A stretch of DNA of 64,000 bases, from positions 710 through 64,709 of the forward strand of contig CAZEXI010000004.1 in NCBI GenBank assembly GCA_964516805.1, given 5' to 3'. A model generated the notes under the pieces. The model was given only the letters and a program-made list of their open reading frames with translations, made no database searches and had not been told where the DNA came from. Source of the DNA: an uncultured Thermoplasmata archaeon (GTDB taxonomy: Archaea > Thermoplasmatota > Thermoplasmata > Halarchaeoplasmatales > Halarchaeoplasmataceae). Shown in pieces: positions 1 through 10,056 of the stretch. How positions within the stretch are numbered: position 1 is the first letter of the stretch; each line of letters begins with the position of its first letter. The translations under genes and the position numbers were made by a program.

Positions 1-422
1 GGATAGCAGCTGATAAAAAAATCATAGAAAAGGCCTGGAAATGGAAAGATTATACTACTATTTCTCCATCTATATTCGGACATCATATAGCGGAACAAGT
101 TTTCAGTGATATGAAGCAAGAAATATTGAAAGAAAATAGAGAATTAGCAGAAAAAAATCGTAATATTGTAGATGATTTTGTTAAAAAATTCGATCTGCAG
201 TGGTATTATCCCTTTGGAGTCAATGGATTCATAAAGATACCAAATATGTTCGATAGCTCAGTAGATTTCTGTAAAAAGTTTTTCGAGGAAAAGAAAGTTG
301 TGTTGGCACCAGGTGAAGTTTTTGGTTTCGATGATTATTTTAGAATCGGTTTTGGTCTAAAAACTGATAAACTGAAAGATGGTTTAGAAAGATTAGGTGA
401 TTTTATAGAAATGTATTCTTGA
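1..422 (+). CDS. PLP-dependent aminotransferase (class I/II fold), C-terminal fragment; 5' end outside window
   Basis: Frame 3 is open from the window edge (IAADKKIIEKAWKW...) into the listed 111..422 ORF. The C-terminal VVLAPGEVFG...YFRIGFG pattern is typical of class I/II aminotransferase small domains. TGA stop at 420-422. Confidence 0.6.
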   Translation, partial: IAADKKIIEKAWKWKDYTTISPSIFGHHIAEQVFSDMKQEILKENRELAEKNRNIVDDFVKKFDLQWYYPFGVNGFIKIPNMFDSSVDFCKKFFEEKKVVLAPGEVFGFDDYFRIGFGLKTDKLKDGLERLGDFIEMYS

Positions 423-473
423 AAAATTGTAATAAGTTTTATTAGAGATAAGTCAAAACAGAAAATCGATATC

Positions 474-1616
474 ATGAAAGCTCTAATAAATGGAGAGTTG
501 AATACCGCAACAAACGGTACTTTTAAAGGTTCTATTTTAATAGATGATGGAAAAATCAAAGAGATCGGCAAGGATATCGATATACCTGATGAAGCGGAGA
601 TTATAGATGTTGAAGGCAAAACCGTTATACCTGGCCTGATCGAAGCTCACTGTCATACAGGCATCCATGAAGAAGGTGAAGGATGGGAAGGTATGGATAT
701 GAACGAACGATACGATCCGATAACACCCCACCTGAGAGCATTGGATGGCATTTATCCTGATGACATCGGTTTAAAAGAAGCGGTTAAAGCAGGTATAACC
801 ACTTTAAATATAACTCCTGGTTCAGCTAATCCTATCGGGGGAGAAATGGTAGCAATAAAAACTGCTGGTTCTAATATCGTAGATGAGCTTATACTTGAAG
901 AACCGACTGGTATGAAGATGGCATTTGGTGAAAATCCTAAAAGAGTCTACAAGGAACAGAATAAAACACCTGCTACAAGGATGGGTACAGCAGGTATTTT
1001 GAGAAAAACGTTCTATGAAACTGAAAATTACATGAAAAAAGATGATGAAGATGAAAAAGAAGATTTCAAGAAGGAAGCATTGAAACCTGTTTTAGAAAAG
1101 AAACTTAAAGCAAGGATACATGCTCACAGAGCTGATGACATGATCACAGCTATCAGATTAGCTGAAGAATTTGATTTTGATATGGTTATCGAACATGCTA
1201 CTGAGGGTCATCAGATAGCTGAGTACCTAGCAGAAAAAAATATACCTGCAGTTGTAGGACCTTGTCTCTCAGCTAAAACAAAAAGAGAAACTTCAGATAG
1301 AACATTTGAGACACCAGGTGTCCTTGCAGATAAAGGTGTGAAAGTTGCACTTATGACCGATTCACCGGTGATCCCTACTAAATATTTGAATCTAATGGCT
1401 GCATATTCAGTGAGAGAAGGAATGGATGAGGAAGAAGCATTAAAAGCTATCACCATCAATCCTGCTGAGATATGTGGTATTGATGATCGAGTTGGTTCTT
1501 TAGAAAAAGGAAAGGATGCAGATATAGTAGTGATAGATGGAGACCCATTAGAGATAAAATCAAAGGTAGAAAGGGTTTTCATCGAAGGAGAAGAGATAGA
1601 CCTAGAAGACCTGTAG
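474..1616 (+). CDS. Amidohydrolase superfamily metallo-hydrolase (COG1228-like)
   Basis: 380 aa. VIPGLIEAHCHTG carries the HxH metal motif after an N-terminal beta-sandwich; C-terminal GSLEKGKDADIVVID motif. Confidence 0.75.
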   Translation: MKALINGELNTATNGTFKGSILIDDGKIKEIGKDIDIPDEAEIIDVEGKTVIPGLIEAHCHTGIHEEGEGWEGMDMNERYDPITPHLRALDGIYPDDIGLKEAVKAGITTLNITPGSANPIGGEMVAIKTAGSNIVDELILEEPTGMKMAFGENPKRVYKEQNKTPATRMGTAGILRKTFYETENYMKKDDEDEKEDFKKEALKPVLEKKLKARIHAHRADDMITAIRLAEEFDFDMVIEHATEGHQIAEYLAEKNIPAVVGPCLSAKTKRETSDRTFETPGVLADKGVKVALMTDSPVIPTKYLNLMAAYSVREGMDEEEALKAITINPAEICGIDDRVGSLEKGKDADIVVIDGDPLEIKSKVERVFIEGEEIDLEDL

Positions 1617-1623
1617 ATTACCC

Positions 1624-2397
1624 TTATTCATCATCTCGACATATCTCAAAACCACATTCCTCTATTATTTCTAATTGTTCTTCAATCTCTTGGAACCATT
1701 GACCCCATTTCCTGGAAATGTGTTCTGTCCAACTGTAATCATCTAACGTGTATTCATCTTCTTTACCGTCTATTTGGATAGGTATTTTACCGTTCAAGAT
1801 CCGGTAGTAATCCTGTTCAAGATATCCTTCGTCCATCTCATCCATAGCTTCTTCAAGTGTGCTATCATCTATATCTGGGTATTCATCTTCAAATAGAGTG
1901 AAATCTAATGGATATCTTGGTCGAGTAGGTGGATATTCAGCGGGGTAACCAACTGTTAATTGTACGAATGGAAATACTCCTTTTGGAAGGTTATACTTTT
2001 CTTTCAGTTTATCAGCTTTCATTAGTGCTCCACCAAGATAGCAAGTACCCATCTCAAGGCTCTCTGCAGCAACCACCATATTTTGAGCCATATAAGAAGC
2101 ATCCTGTACTGCAAACATCAATAATGTCAGGTCATTGGTTTTCAAATCCCAATCTCTTTTCTCCATGAATAGTTTAAGTTTATGGATATCAGCACAGATG
2201 GTGAATAAAATTGGAGCACCAAATGGTATATTATCCTTTTCTTTCTCTATTATGACACTGTACAATTGAGATGAAAAAGCTGCCTGCTGACCAGCCTTAA
2301 CTATTGTTTCTATCTCTTCTTTATTAGGTACATCATCAGTATATTCTCTTATCGATTTATGATTCAACAAACAATCTATCAATTCATTTTTGATCAT
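1624..2397 (-). CDS. Nitroreductase family protein with acidic C-terminal extension
   Basis: 257 aa. N-terminal HKSIREYTDDVPNKEEIETIVKAGQQA matches the nitroreductase signature; the last 80 aa or so are D/E-rich. Confidence 0.7.
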   Translation of the reverse strand: MIKNELIDCLLNHKSIREYTDDVPNKEEIETIVKAGQQAAFSSQLYSVIIEKEKDNIPFGAPILFTICADIHKLKLFMEKRDWDLKTNDLTLLMFAVQDASYMAQNMVVAAESLEMGTCYLGGALMKADKLKEKYNLPKGVFPFVQLTVGYPAEYPPTRPRYPLDFTLFEDEYPDIDDSTLEEAMDEMDEGYLEQDYYRILNGKIPIQIDGKEDEYTLDDYSWTEHISRKWGQWFQEIEEQLEIIEECGFEICRDDE

Positions 2398-2501
2398 TAT
2401 ATCATCTCTTTATAAGGTTAAAGAGAAAAAGCTATTTGTAAATTTACTTGTAAATTTTCTTTTTTCAGGTCGCTGTGTAATTTCTTCTTAAAAAGTATGA
2501 T

Positions 2502-3443
2502 CTACCTGTATTTATGACAAGCTATCCTTCGTCCATAAGCTTCGATCAAATCAGGACTCTCTCTTTCACAAATAGAATCAACCTTTTCCTTACATCTTGG
2601 AGAGAAGGCACATCCTGGCGGAGGATTAGCAGGGCTAGGTACATCTCCTGTAAGCGTAATTTTGACCTTTCTATCTGGGTCTGGAGTTGGAACTGTTTCT
2701 AGAAGAGCTTTTGTATATGGGTGCTTTGGATCCTTGAATATTGTTTTTGTATCACCGACCTCCACTACTTTACCTAGGTACATCACTGCTATTCTATCAC
2801 TGATAGCCCTCACCAAGTTGATATCGTGGGAGATGAACATATATGAGAGCTTAAATTTTCTTTTAGCTTTATCTAAAAGTTTTAGAATTTTAGATTGAAC
2901 AGATACATCCAATGCTGATGTAGGTTCATCCAGAACTAAAAAATCTGGTTCTAAACAAAGCGGTCTAGCTATACATACACGTTGTTTTTGACCACCGCTC
3001 AATTCATGAGGATATCTAATCATGTGTTCTGCCTTCAATCCCATGATATTCAATATTTCAATTATCCTTCTTATCTTATCTTCTTCATTATCGACCATAT
3101 TATGTATCTCAAGTGGTCTACTCAGATGATCGTAAACGGTCATCTGGGGATTGAGGGAAGATACTGGGTCCTGGAAAACTATATTCATCTTTTTTCTTAA
3201 TAGTTTCATCTTCTTCTCGCTGTACTTTGTTATATTTTCTCCATCAAAATATATATCTCCATTAGTAGGTTCTGTCAGTTTAAGAATCGTTCTAACCAAG
3301 GTTGTTTTTCCACATCCACTTTCCCCGACCACACCTAAAGTCTCCCCTTTTACAACTTCAATAGATACATTGTTCACTGCTTTTACAGTTCCTCTCTTTG
3401 ATCCAAAGAATTTATCTAGATTTTTAGTTTCCAATATATTCAT
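2502..3443 (-). CDS. oppF: Oligopeptide/dipeptide ABC transporter ATP-binding protein
   Basis: Walker A GESGCGKTT, signature LSGGQKQR, Walker B LVLDEPTSALD, C-terminal PPPGCAFSPRC motif. Start set at the ATG that forms an ATGA overlap with the oppD stop (the ORF track extends to 3458). Confidence 0.9.
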   Translation of the reverse strand: MNILETKNLDKFFGSKRGTVKAVNNVSIEVVKGETLGVVGESGCGKTTLVRTILKLTEPTNGDIYFDGENITKYSEKKMKLLRKKMNIVFQDPVSSLNPQMTVYDHLSRPLEIHNMVDNEEDKIRRIIEILNIMGLKAEHMIRYPHELSGGQKQRVCIARPLCLEPDFLVLDEPTSALDVSVQSKILKLLDKAKRKFKLSYMFISHDINLVRAISDRIAVMYLGKVVEVGDTKTIFKDPKHPYTKALLETVPTPDPDRKVKITLTGDVPSPANPPPGCAFSPRCKEKVDSICERESPDLIEAYGRRIACHKYR

Positions 3444-4435
3444 TCTACCTCCTCCCAAAAATGACAGGCTACAAAATGTTCTTCAGATATTTCTTCCAGG
3501 TCTGGTTTCTCCTTTTGACATATCTTTCTTGCATATTCACACCTGGGATGGAATCTACAGCCGGTAGGTGGATTTATCAATCTAGGTACTGTTCCTGGAA
3601 TCGTTTTAAAATCATCTATAGACATTTCAACGCCTGGTACAGAATGGATCAAACCAAGAGTGTATGGATGCTTTGGCTTTTTGAATATATCCTGAACATT
3701 AGCTGTTTCGACTATCTGTCCAGCATACATGACTGTCACTATATCACAAATTTCAGAAACTACAGCCATATCGTGGGTGATATATAATATAGATAAATCC
3801 ATCTCTTCCTGTAATGTTTTCAATACCTCTAAAAACTGAGCCTGTATCGATACATCTAATGCGGTAGTCGGTTCGTCTGCGATGAGAAGATTAGATTTAC
3901 AAGCAAGCATCATCGCGATCATGACCCTCTGTTTCATGCCTCCGCTCAATTCATGAGGATATTTTTCATAAACATCCTCTGGATCAGGTAGTTTTACCCT
4001 ATCTAATTCACTGAGAACTATGCGTTTAACCTCATTTTTATCTTTACTTTGATAAAGCACTACGGATTCTCTAACCTGATTACCAGCAGTGTATACTGGA
4101 TTTAGAGAGGTTTGAGGATTCTGAAAAATCATACTTATTTCATTACCCCTTATTTCTTTCCTCAATTTCTTTTCAGATAATCCCAATAAGTTCCTACCTT
4201 TGTATAATATCTTTCCGCCCATCAATCTTGCGTTTTTATCAAGCAAACCTAAAACAGCAAGGCTGGTGACAGATTTACCACATCCTGTCTCACCTATCAA
4301 TCCATGAATCTCTCCTTTTTTGACGACCAAATTTATGCTGTCAAGAGCTTTTACTATACCCTCTTCTGTTTCAAATTCAAGTTTAAGATCTTTAAGTTCC
4401 AGTAATGGTTCTCCCCTTTTTATACCATCTTTCAT
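3440..4435 (-). CDS. oppD: Oligopeptide/dipeptide ABC transporter ATP-binding protein
   Basis: GETGCGKS, LSGGMKQR, LIADEPTTALD, C-terminal PPTGCRFHPRC. Confidence 0.9.
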   Translation of the reverse strand: MKDGIKRGEPLLELKDLKLEFETEEGIVKALDSINLVVKKGEIHGLIGETGCGKSVTSLAVLGLLDKNARLMGGKILYKGRNLLGLSEKKLRKEIRGNEISMIFQNPQTSLNPVYTAGNQVRESVVLYQSKDKNEVKRIVLSELDRVKLPDPEDVYEKYPHELSGGMKQRVMIAMMLACKSNLLIADEPTTALDVSIQAQFLEVLKTLQEEMDLSILYITHDMAVVSEICDIVTVMYAGQIVETANVQDIFKKPKHPYTLGLIHSVPGVEMSIDDFKTIPGTVPRLINPPTGCRFHPRCEYARKICQKEKPDLEEISEEHFVACHFWEEVE

Positions 4436-5359
4436 TCAGGAGCCACCTCTTCTAACTGGATCAAGTGCATCTCTTAAACCATCGCCCATGAAATTGAATG
4501 CTAAAACGGTTACCACTATAGCCAAACCCGAAACAGTAACCATCAATGGATTGAACTGCATAAATACAGCCCCTGAGTTCACCATCTCACCCCAACTAGC
4601 TGTTGGTGGTTGGACACCAACACCAAGATAGTTTAAAGCTGCTGCCGCAAGGATCGCCCAGGGCATCTGAATTGTAGCCATGACAACTATAGAAGGTAAA
4701 ATGTTCGGTAAGAAATACCTAAAAATAATACTAATCCTGCTTTCACCTATAGCTTTTGCACTCTCGATAAATCCCTCATTTTTAATGGACAATACTTCAC
4801 CTCTAGTCACTCTCGCAAATCTAGTCCACATAACCAGACCAACAGCTATAATGACGGGGTAAAGTCCAAAACCAAGTGATGTGGCTAAAGCCAACCCAAA
4901 GAGTAGAGTTGGGAAAGCAAGGAATGTATCTACCAATCTCATTATAATCTCATCTACCCATCCACCAGTCGTACCTGCGATCAAACCTAATGTGACTCCG
5001 ATGCCTCCTGATATAAAAACCACTAGTATCCCTATCATAAGAGAAATTCTTGCACCGTACATCAGTCTAGTAAGTGTATCTCTACCCAACTGATCTGTAC
5101 CAAGTAGATGATTCCAAGAAGGATCAGCCCTTGTGTTGTAAACATCAGTTTTTATCGGGTCATGAGGAGCTATAAAAGGAGCAAAGATAGCTACTAAGAT
5201 CAATATTATCAGAACACTCATGCCAAATAAAGCCAATTTATTTCGTTTGAACCTTAGCCATACAAGCTGCATCTGGCTGGTTTCTTTTCTTTTTAGATCT
5301 TTAATCTCTTCCTCGATATCTACACCTTCAGTTCCAAAATATGATTCTTTTTCAGTCAT
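4436..5359 (-). CDS. oppC: Oligopeptide ABC transporter permease
   Basis: 307 aa multi-pass protein with a BPD-transport permease core, directly abutting oppD. Confidence 0.85.
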   Translation of the reverse strand: MTEKESYFGTEGVDIEEEIKDLKRKETSQMQLVWLRFKRNKLALFGMSVLIILILVAIFAPFIAPHDPIKTDVYNTRADPSWNHLLGTDQLGRDTLTRLMYGARISLMIGILVVFISGGIGVTLGLIAGTTGGWVDEIIMRLVDTFLAFPTLLFGLALATSLGFGLYPVIIAVGLVMWTRFARVTRGEVLSIKNEGFIESAKAIGESRISIIFRYFLPNILPSIVVMATIQMPWAILAAAALNYLGVGVQPPTASWGEMVNSGAVFMQFNPLMVTVSGLAIVVTVLAFNFMGDGLRDALDPVRRGGS

Positions 5360-5361
5360 GA

Positions 5362-6324
5362 TTATACCTCCTCTGAAGTACCGAGTTCTATCCTTGGATC
5401 AATGTATGTGTAAGCAATATCAGCTAAAAGATTGGCAATCACAGCTACTATTATCATCAATAAAATACTGCTTTGAACAGCTATGAAGTCCCTAGCCATG
5501 GTCGCTTCGAAGATAAATCGTCCCATTCCAGGTATGTTGAATATCTTTTCTATTATCATACCATATCCGATCAACCAAGGCATTCTCATCGCGATAACTG
5601 TAACCACAGGTATCAGTGCATTCCTTAAACCGTGCTTCAAAATAACTGTCCTGTTTTTCAATCCTTTAGTCTGTGCAGCTTTTATATAATCTTTATTTAA
5701 TACATTTAACATACTGGATCTCGTAAGTCTAGCTATAACAGCTTGTAGTCTAATTCCGATGACAAAAGCTGGCAATATCAGATAATATATATTTTCATAA
5801 CCTCCGAGCGGAAACCACTCGAGGTGAAATGAAAAAATCAGCAGAAATATAGTTCCTACCCAAAAACTTGGTGCACTCCGCCAAAATAAGGCTTGGACCG
5901 AGGCTAAGTAATCTATCCAAGTATTAGGATGTAAAGCACCGACAACACCTGTCCCTATCCCCAATATCACAGAAATAAGAAGAGCTAATCCCATCAATTG
6001 AAAGGTAATAGGAAGCTTTGGTTCGATCAACTCCGCTACAGGCATATCCCATCTTAAAGATATACCCAGGTCCCCTCTAAAGAGGCCTAACATCCAATCT
6101 CCATATTGAATGTACCATGGATTGTTCAAACCATGTTTTACATTGAATTCATGTATCCTTTCTTCAGTTGCATAAAGTCCTAAAATTCTTCTTGCAGGGT
6201 TAACATCTCCAACTCTTAAAATAGCAAAAGCGATGAATGTAGCTATCAAAATAACCGGGATGGATTTGATGATCCTCATTATGATGAATCTCTTCCTCTT
6301 GCTTTTTATATACTTCTCCAACAT
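5362..6324 (-). CDS. oppB: Oligopeptide ABC transporter permease
   Basis: 320 aa. Permease core with the typical KGLKNRTVILKHGLRNALIPV loop. Confidence 0.85.
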   Translation of the reverse strand: MLEKYIKSKRKRFIIMRIIKSIPVILIATFIAFAILRVGDVNPARRILGLYATEERIHEFNVKHGLNNPWYIQYGDWMLGLFRGDLGISLRWDMPVAELIEPKLPITFQLMGLALLISVILGIGTGVVGALHPNTWIDYLASVQALFWRSAPSFWVGTIFLLIFSFHLEWFPLGGYENIYYLILPAFVIGIRLQAVIARLTRSSMLNVLNKDYIKAAQTKGLKNRTVILKHGLRNALIPVVTVIAMRMPWLIGYGMIIEKIFNIPGMGRFIFEATMARDFIAVQSSILLMIIVAVIANLLADIAYTYIDPRIELGTSEEV

Positions 6325-6383
6325 ATTTATCCCTGTTTTTGATTATTAAAAATAAAGAAAAGGGTTTGTGCTAGTTTGAGTCA

Positions 6384-7976
6384 CTATTCTTCTACTTCCC
6401 AAAGATGTGTCTTATAATACGGTCCGTCGTACATGTATGGAGTGAACGCCTCTTCTGGAATCGTTACTGATTCATGATATACGATAGGTTGTCTTGTAAA
6501 TCCAACAACATACACAGCCATGTTATCCTCTATCAGATATTCCTGACACTCTGCATATTTCTGCATTCTGTCATCATAATCTAGTGTTTTCATTGCATCT
6601 CTCATCATGTCGTTGAATGTAGAATCATTGTAGAAATTACCCCAGAAATTTTTGGCACTCGTACCCATGTAATAATTCATCTTATCGTATCCAGAAGGTC
6701 CCGCTGTTAGATGGTGGAAATTCATCTCTGTTTCCCCTGCTGACATCATCTCTACGAACGTACCCCATTCTATAGATTGAATCTCTAAGTCTATACCTGC
6801 TTCAGCCACCTGTTCACTAACCACTGTCATCTCGTCTGTTCTATCACCAGGATTGGTGTAAAGGGTCAGTTTTACTCCGTTTGGATAGCCTGCTTCTTCA
6901 AGTAGTTCTTTAGCCCTGTCTATATCTTGGTCATATTGATTCGGATTTTCTGGATGAGCTGGATGTCCAGGTGGATATAGATATCTAGTATTGATAGCTA
7001 ACTCTTTTCTTTTTAAAGCTATAACTTCTTCGCTATCGACAGCATATGCAAAGGCTTTTCTAACCCTTACATCCTGTAAAGGTCCGTCCATCCTATGGTT
7101 GAACTTTATATTTACTGCTCCAGGATGGTTGTATACTTTTGTCTTTACATTATCTACACCTTTTAAGTCCTGATAATATGTTGTATCAACGGGATGTACT
7201 GCATGAACATCACCGGCTCTAAGTGCAGTTACTGCAGAGGATTGATCCCCATAGAAATGTAACACTAGTTTATCAGTATTAACATCTAAGCGATAGTCCT
7301 CATTCTTTTTGAAAACTATCTTATCTCCAGGCACATATTCTTCGAATTTATAGGGTCCAGTTCCTATCATTTTATCCTGGTATTTCTCGTATCCATTTTC
7401 TACGATGTAGTCCTTTGGAATTACAGAGAAATCTTGCACAAAAGATCCTTCTAATAATCCAGGATATAGTTCTTTCATTTCTATAACCAATGTATATTCA
7501 TCAGTCGCTTCTACGGATTCAACATCGTCAAGGTGCATCTTCATGACTGATTCTGGTATTCCTGTTACACCATACATTTCGTCTGCTTTTCCCATAATAG
7601 CATGGAAAGTAAACGCTACATCTTCAGCTGTTAATTCGTCTCCATTGTGGAATTTTATTCCTTCTTTTATCTGGAACGTATACGTATATCCATCTGAACT
7701 CACATCATAACTTTCAGATACAGCTCTACCATCACAGTTTGGCTTTCCATCAGGATAGTTCTGTATGAATGAGTCAAATATCTGTAGATTTACGTATCTT
7801 CCGTAATCCCCAGTTGTACCTATCGGATCTATTACTCCAGGTTCACGAGTCATGGCTATATGAAGCGTGTTCCCCTTATCTTCCTCTTCTAAACAGCCCA
7901 GCAGTCCCACCGAAGTCATCACTAGTAGACTAACACATACTATACTGAAAAGTTTCTTTTTTCTTCCAACATTCAT
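6384..7976 (-). CDS. oppA: ABC transporter substrate-binding protein, family 5 (peptide/nickel), lipobox-like signal
   Basis: 530 aa. N-terminal hydrophobic signal ends in LLGC; length and position at the head of the opp operon fit a family 5 binding protein. Confidence 0.85.
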   Translation of the reverse strand: MNVGRKKKLFSIVCVSLLVMTSVGLLGCLEEEDKGNTLHIAMTREPGVIDPIGTTGDYGRYVNLQIFDSFIQNYPDGKPNCDGRAVSESYDVSSDGYTYTFQIKEGIKFHNGDELTAEDVAFTFHAIMGKADEMYGVTGIPESVMKMHLDDVESVEATDEYTLVIEMKELYPGLLEGSFVQDFSVIPKDYIVENGYEKYQDKMIGTGPYKFEEYVPGDKIVFKKNEDYRLDVNTDKLVLHFYGDQSSAVTALRAGDVHAVHPVDTTYYQDLKGVDNVKTKVYNHPGAVNIKFNHRMDGPLQDVRVRKAFAYAVDSEEVIALKRKELAINTRYLYPPGHPAHPENPNQYDQDIDRAKELLEEAGYPNGVKLTLYTNPGDRTDEMTVVSEQVAEAGIDLEIQSIEWGTFVEMMSAGETEMNFHHLTAGPSGYDKMNYYMGTSAKNFWGNFYNDSTFNDMMRDAMKTLDYDDRMQKYAECQEYLIEDNMAVYVVGFTRQPIVYHESVTIPEEAFTPYMYDGPYYKTHLWEVEE

Positions 7977-8625
7977 ATAATCTCAATCACTAGATAACTT
8001 TCTTATCTTATAAAAATTTATTTGTAATTGCTAAATTAGTAAATATTTTAAATATTTTATTATGCATTAGTGTATTTACCTTTTAAAAGTATATATAAAC
8101 AATACTTATCCCATCATTTAAAGAATTGAATTGATAATGAAATACAAATTATTCCATTTGTAAAAAATTAGAGCTTTCTAGATGCATTACCAAAAGAGTA
8201 ATTTCGTTAACTAAATATGCTTCTAAAAATATATAAATATATATCTCCTTTGATTTAAAATAATAAAAGTTTATCATATAGATATTATTGTTAAGATGGT
8301 TCATATCATAATGAACACCCACTTGTAAAAAGGAGTAAAGCTTTCTGTCCTTAAAAAATACGTTTAAGTTTATGTTTAGTTATCTTTATTTAAATAAAAA
8401 ATTATAGATCGTCTTTTATCTTGAATTCAATAGCTAATAGATGTTTTTTAACAAATTATTATTTGGTATTAAATAAAATATTGACTAAAATATCAACCAT
8501 TATAGAAACTTTTTTAACCGTGCCTATTAAAATTTACTATCTAAACAAAATTGCTATATCAATAGCTATTTCTAACTAAAAGATTAATACTGATTAAATC
8601 AATATTATTTTTATAGGTAATTATC

Positions 8626-9885
8626 ATGAATATTAAGAAGGTATTGTCCGAGTGTAAAAAAATTGAAGACAAGATTATAGAATACAGAAGAGAGCTTCAT
8701 AAATTTCCAGAATTGGAATTTCAGGAAAAAAATACTTCTGATTTTATCAAGAAAAAACTAAAAGACATGGGGATCGAGGCCAAAGAAGGATTACTAGATA
8801 TAGATGATATCGAAAATGAATACGATGAAGATAAGCAAAATGATGTTGAAGATACCAGTGTTCTAGGTATCATAAAGGGTGAAGGTAAAGACAATAAAGG
8901 AACAGTGTTACTGAGAGCCGATATAGATGCAGTATCTATCAGGGAAACAGACGATCCTGAGCATATTCCAAACAAGGAAGGTTTTAGATCAAAAAACGAT
9001 GGTATCATGCATGCCTGTGGACATGATGGACATATGGCTATGTTGTTGGGTGCTGCTCATGTTCTTTCAAAGAATAAGGAAGAAATCAATGGTGATATCA
9101 AACTGATCTTTCAACCAGCTGAAGAAGGTGGTAAAGGGGCTAAACTAATCAGCAAAACAGGTCTACTAGATGACGTAAGTGCTGTCTTCGGCATGCATGT
9201 AAAAATAGATAGAAGATCGGGACATTTTATGATAAACGACGGTCCGATGCACTCTTGTATCGATAAAATAAAGTTGGAGATTATAGGCGGAGGAGGACAT
9301 GCAGCTAGACCTCATGAAACTGAAGATCCTTTAGCCATTTCTGCAGAGATGATCACATCTCTCTACAATATGCAGAACCGAGAGATAGATAGACGTGAAC
9401 CTGCAATACTTACTATATCTAAAATAAAAGCTGGTAATGCATGGAATGCCATCCCAGATAGAGTTGAAATGGAGGGTACAATAAGGACATTCGATGAAAA
9501 TATACGAAAAAAAATACTGAAAAGAACGAAAGAATTAGGAGAATCGTTAACATCCGTACACAACCTAGATTTTAAATTTGAAGATGAAAAATTAGGACAT
9601 CCTACCCTGAATACTGAGAGAGAAGCTGAGATTGCCAGAGAGGCTGCTAGAGACTTGTTCGGTAAAGATAAAGTCACTGAGGGTAAACCGAGTATGGGTG
9701 GTGAGGATTTTGCATATTACCTACAAAAAGTTCCTGGAGCATACATACACATCGGTGTTAGAGATGAAGAAAGAGGATTGATTAAACCACTGCATAATCC
9801 ACACTTTGATCTGGATGAATCTGCATTGTACAAAGGAAGTGCTTTACATGTCAGTACAGCTTTAAAGTATCTTGAAAATTTATAA
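8626..9885 (+). CDS. M20D family amidohydrolase (N-acyl-amino acid / hippurate hydrolase-like)
   Basis: 419 aa. HKFPELEFQE, MHACGHDGH and IFQPAEEGGKGA motifs. Has an acidic insertion (DIDDIENEYDEDKQNDVED). Confidence 0.8.
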   Translation: MNIKKVLSECKKIEDKIIEYRRELHKFPELEFQEKNTSDFIKKKLKDMGIEAKEGLLDIDDIENEYDEDKQNDVEDTSVLGIIKGEGKDNKGTVLLRADIDAVSIRETDDPEHIPNKEGFRSKNDGIMHACGHDGHMAMLLGAAHVLSKNKEEINGDIKLIFQPAEEGGKGAKLISKTGLLDDVSAVFGMHVKIDRRSGHFMINDGPMHSCIDKIKLEIIGGGGHAARPHETEDPLAISAEMITSLYNMQNREIDRREPAILTISKIKAGNAWNAIPDRVEMEGTIRTFDENIRKKILKRTKELGESLTSVHNLDFKFEDEKLGHPTLNTEREAEIAREAARDLFGKDKVTEGKPSMGGEDFAYYLQKVPGAYIHIGVRDEERGLIKPLHNPHFDLDESALYKGSALHVSTALKYLENL

Positions 9886-9916
9886 TCAAGGTTCTAATAA
9901 TTATAATATCTATTCT

Positions 9917-9936
9917 AAACTGAAGAACAGTTAAAT
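9917..9936 (+). repeat. Exact 20-nt direct repeat, copy 1 (aaactgaagaacagttaaat)
   Basis: Identical 20-mer recurs at 10142..10161. This copy is intergenic, 31 nt after the M20 stop. Confidence 0.9.
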
Positions 9937-10056
9937 GTAGTTAATTTATTCAAATGATTTACATATTTCTTAGATTTGGGTTTGTTTTTTAAATTTGTAT
10001 TTATTAAAAACAAAAGTTTTATTAAAAAAAACATGTTATTACTAATGGTGCTATTA

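Noticed and set aside
7977-8625. The long AT-rich spacer as a replication origin
   Set aside because: I found no ORB/mini-ORB-like inverted repeats with G-strings and no adjacent orc1/cdc6 gene. The repeated words are short and AT-rich, so the origin call is unsupported.
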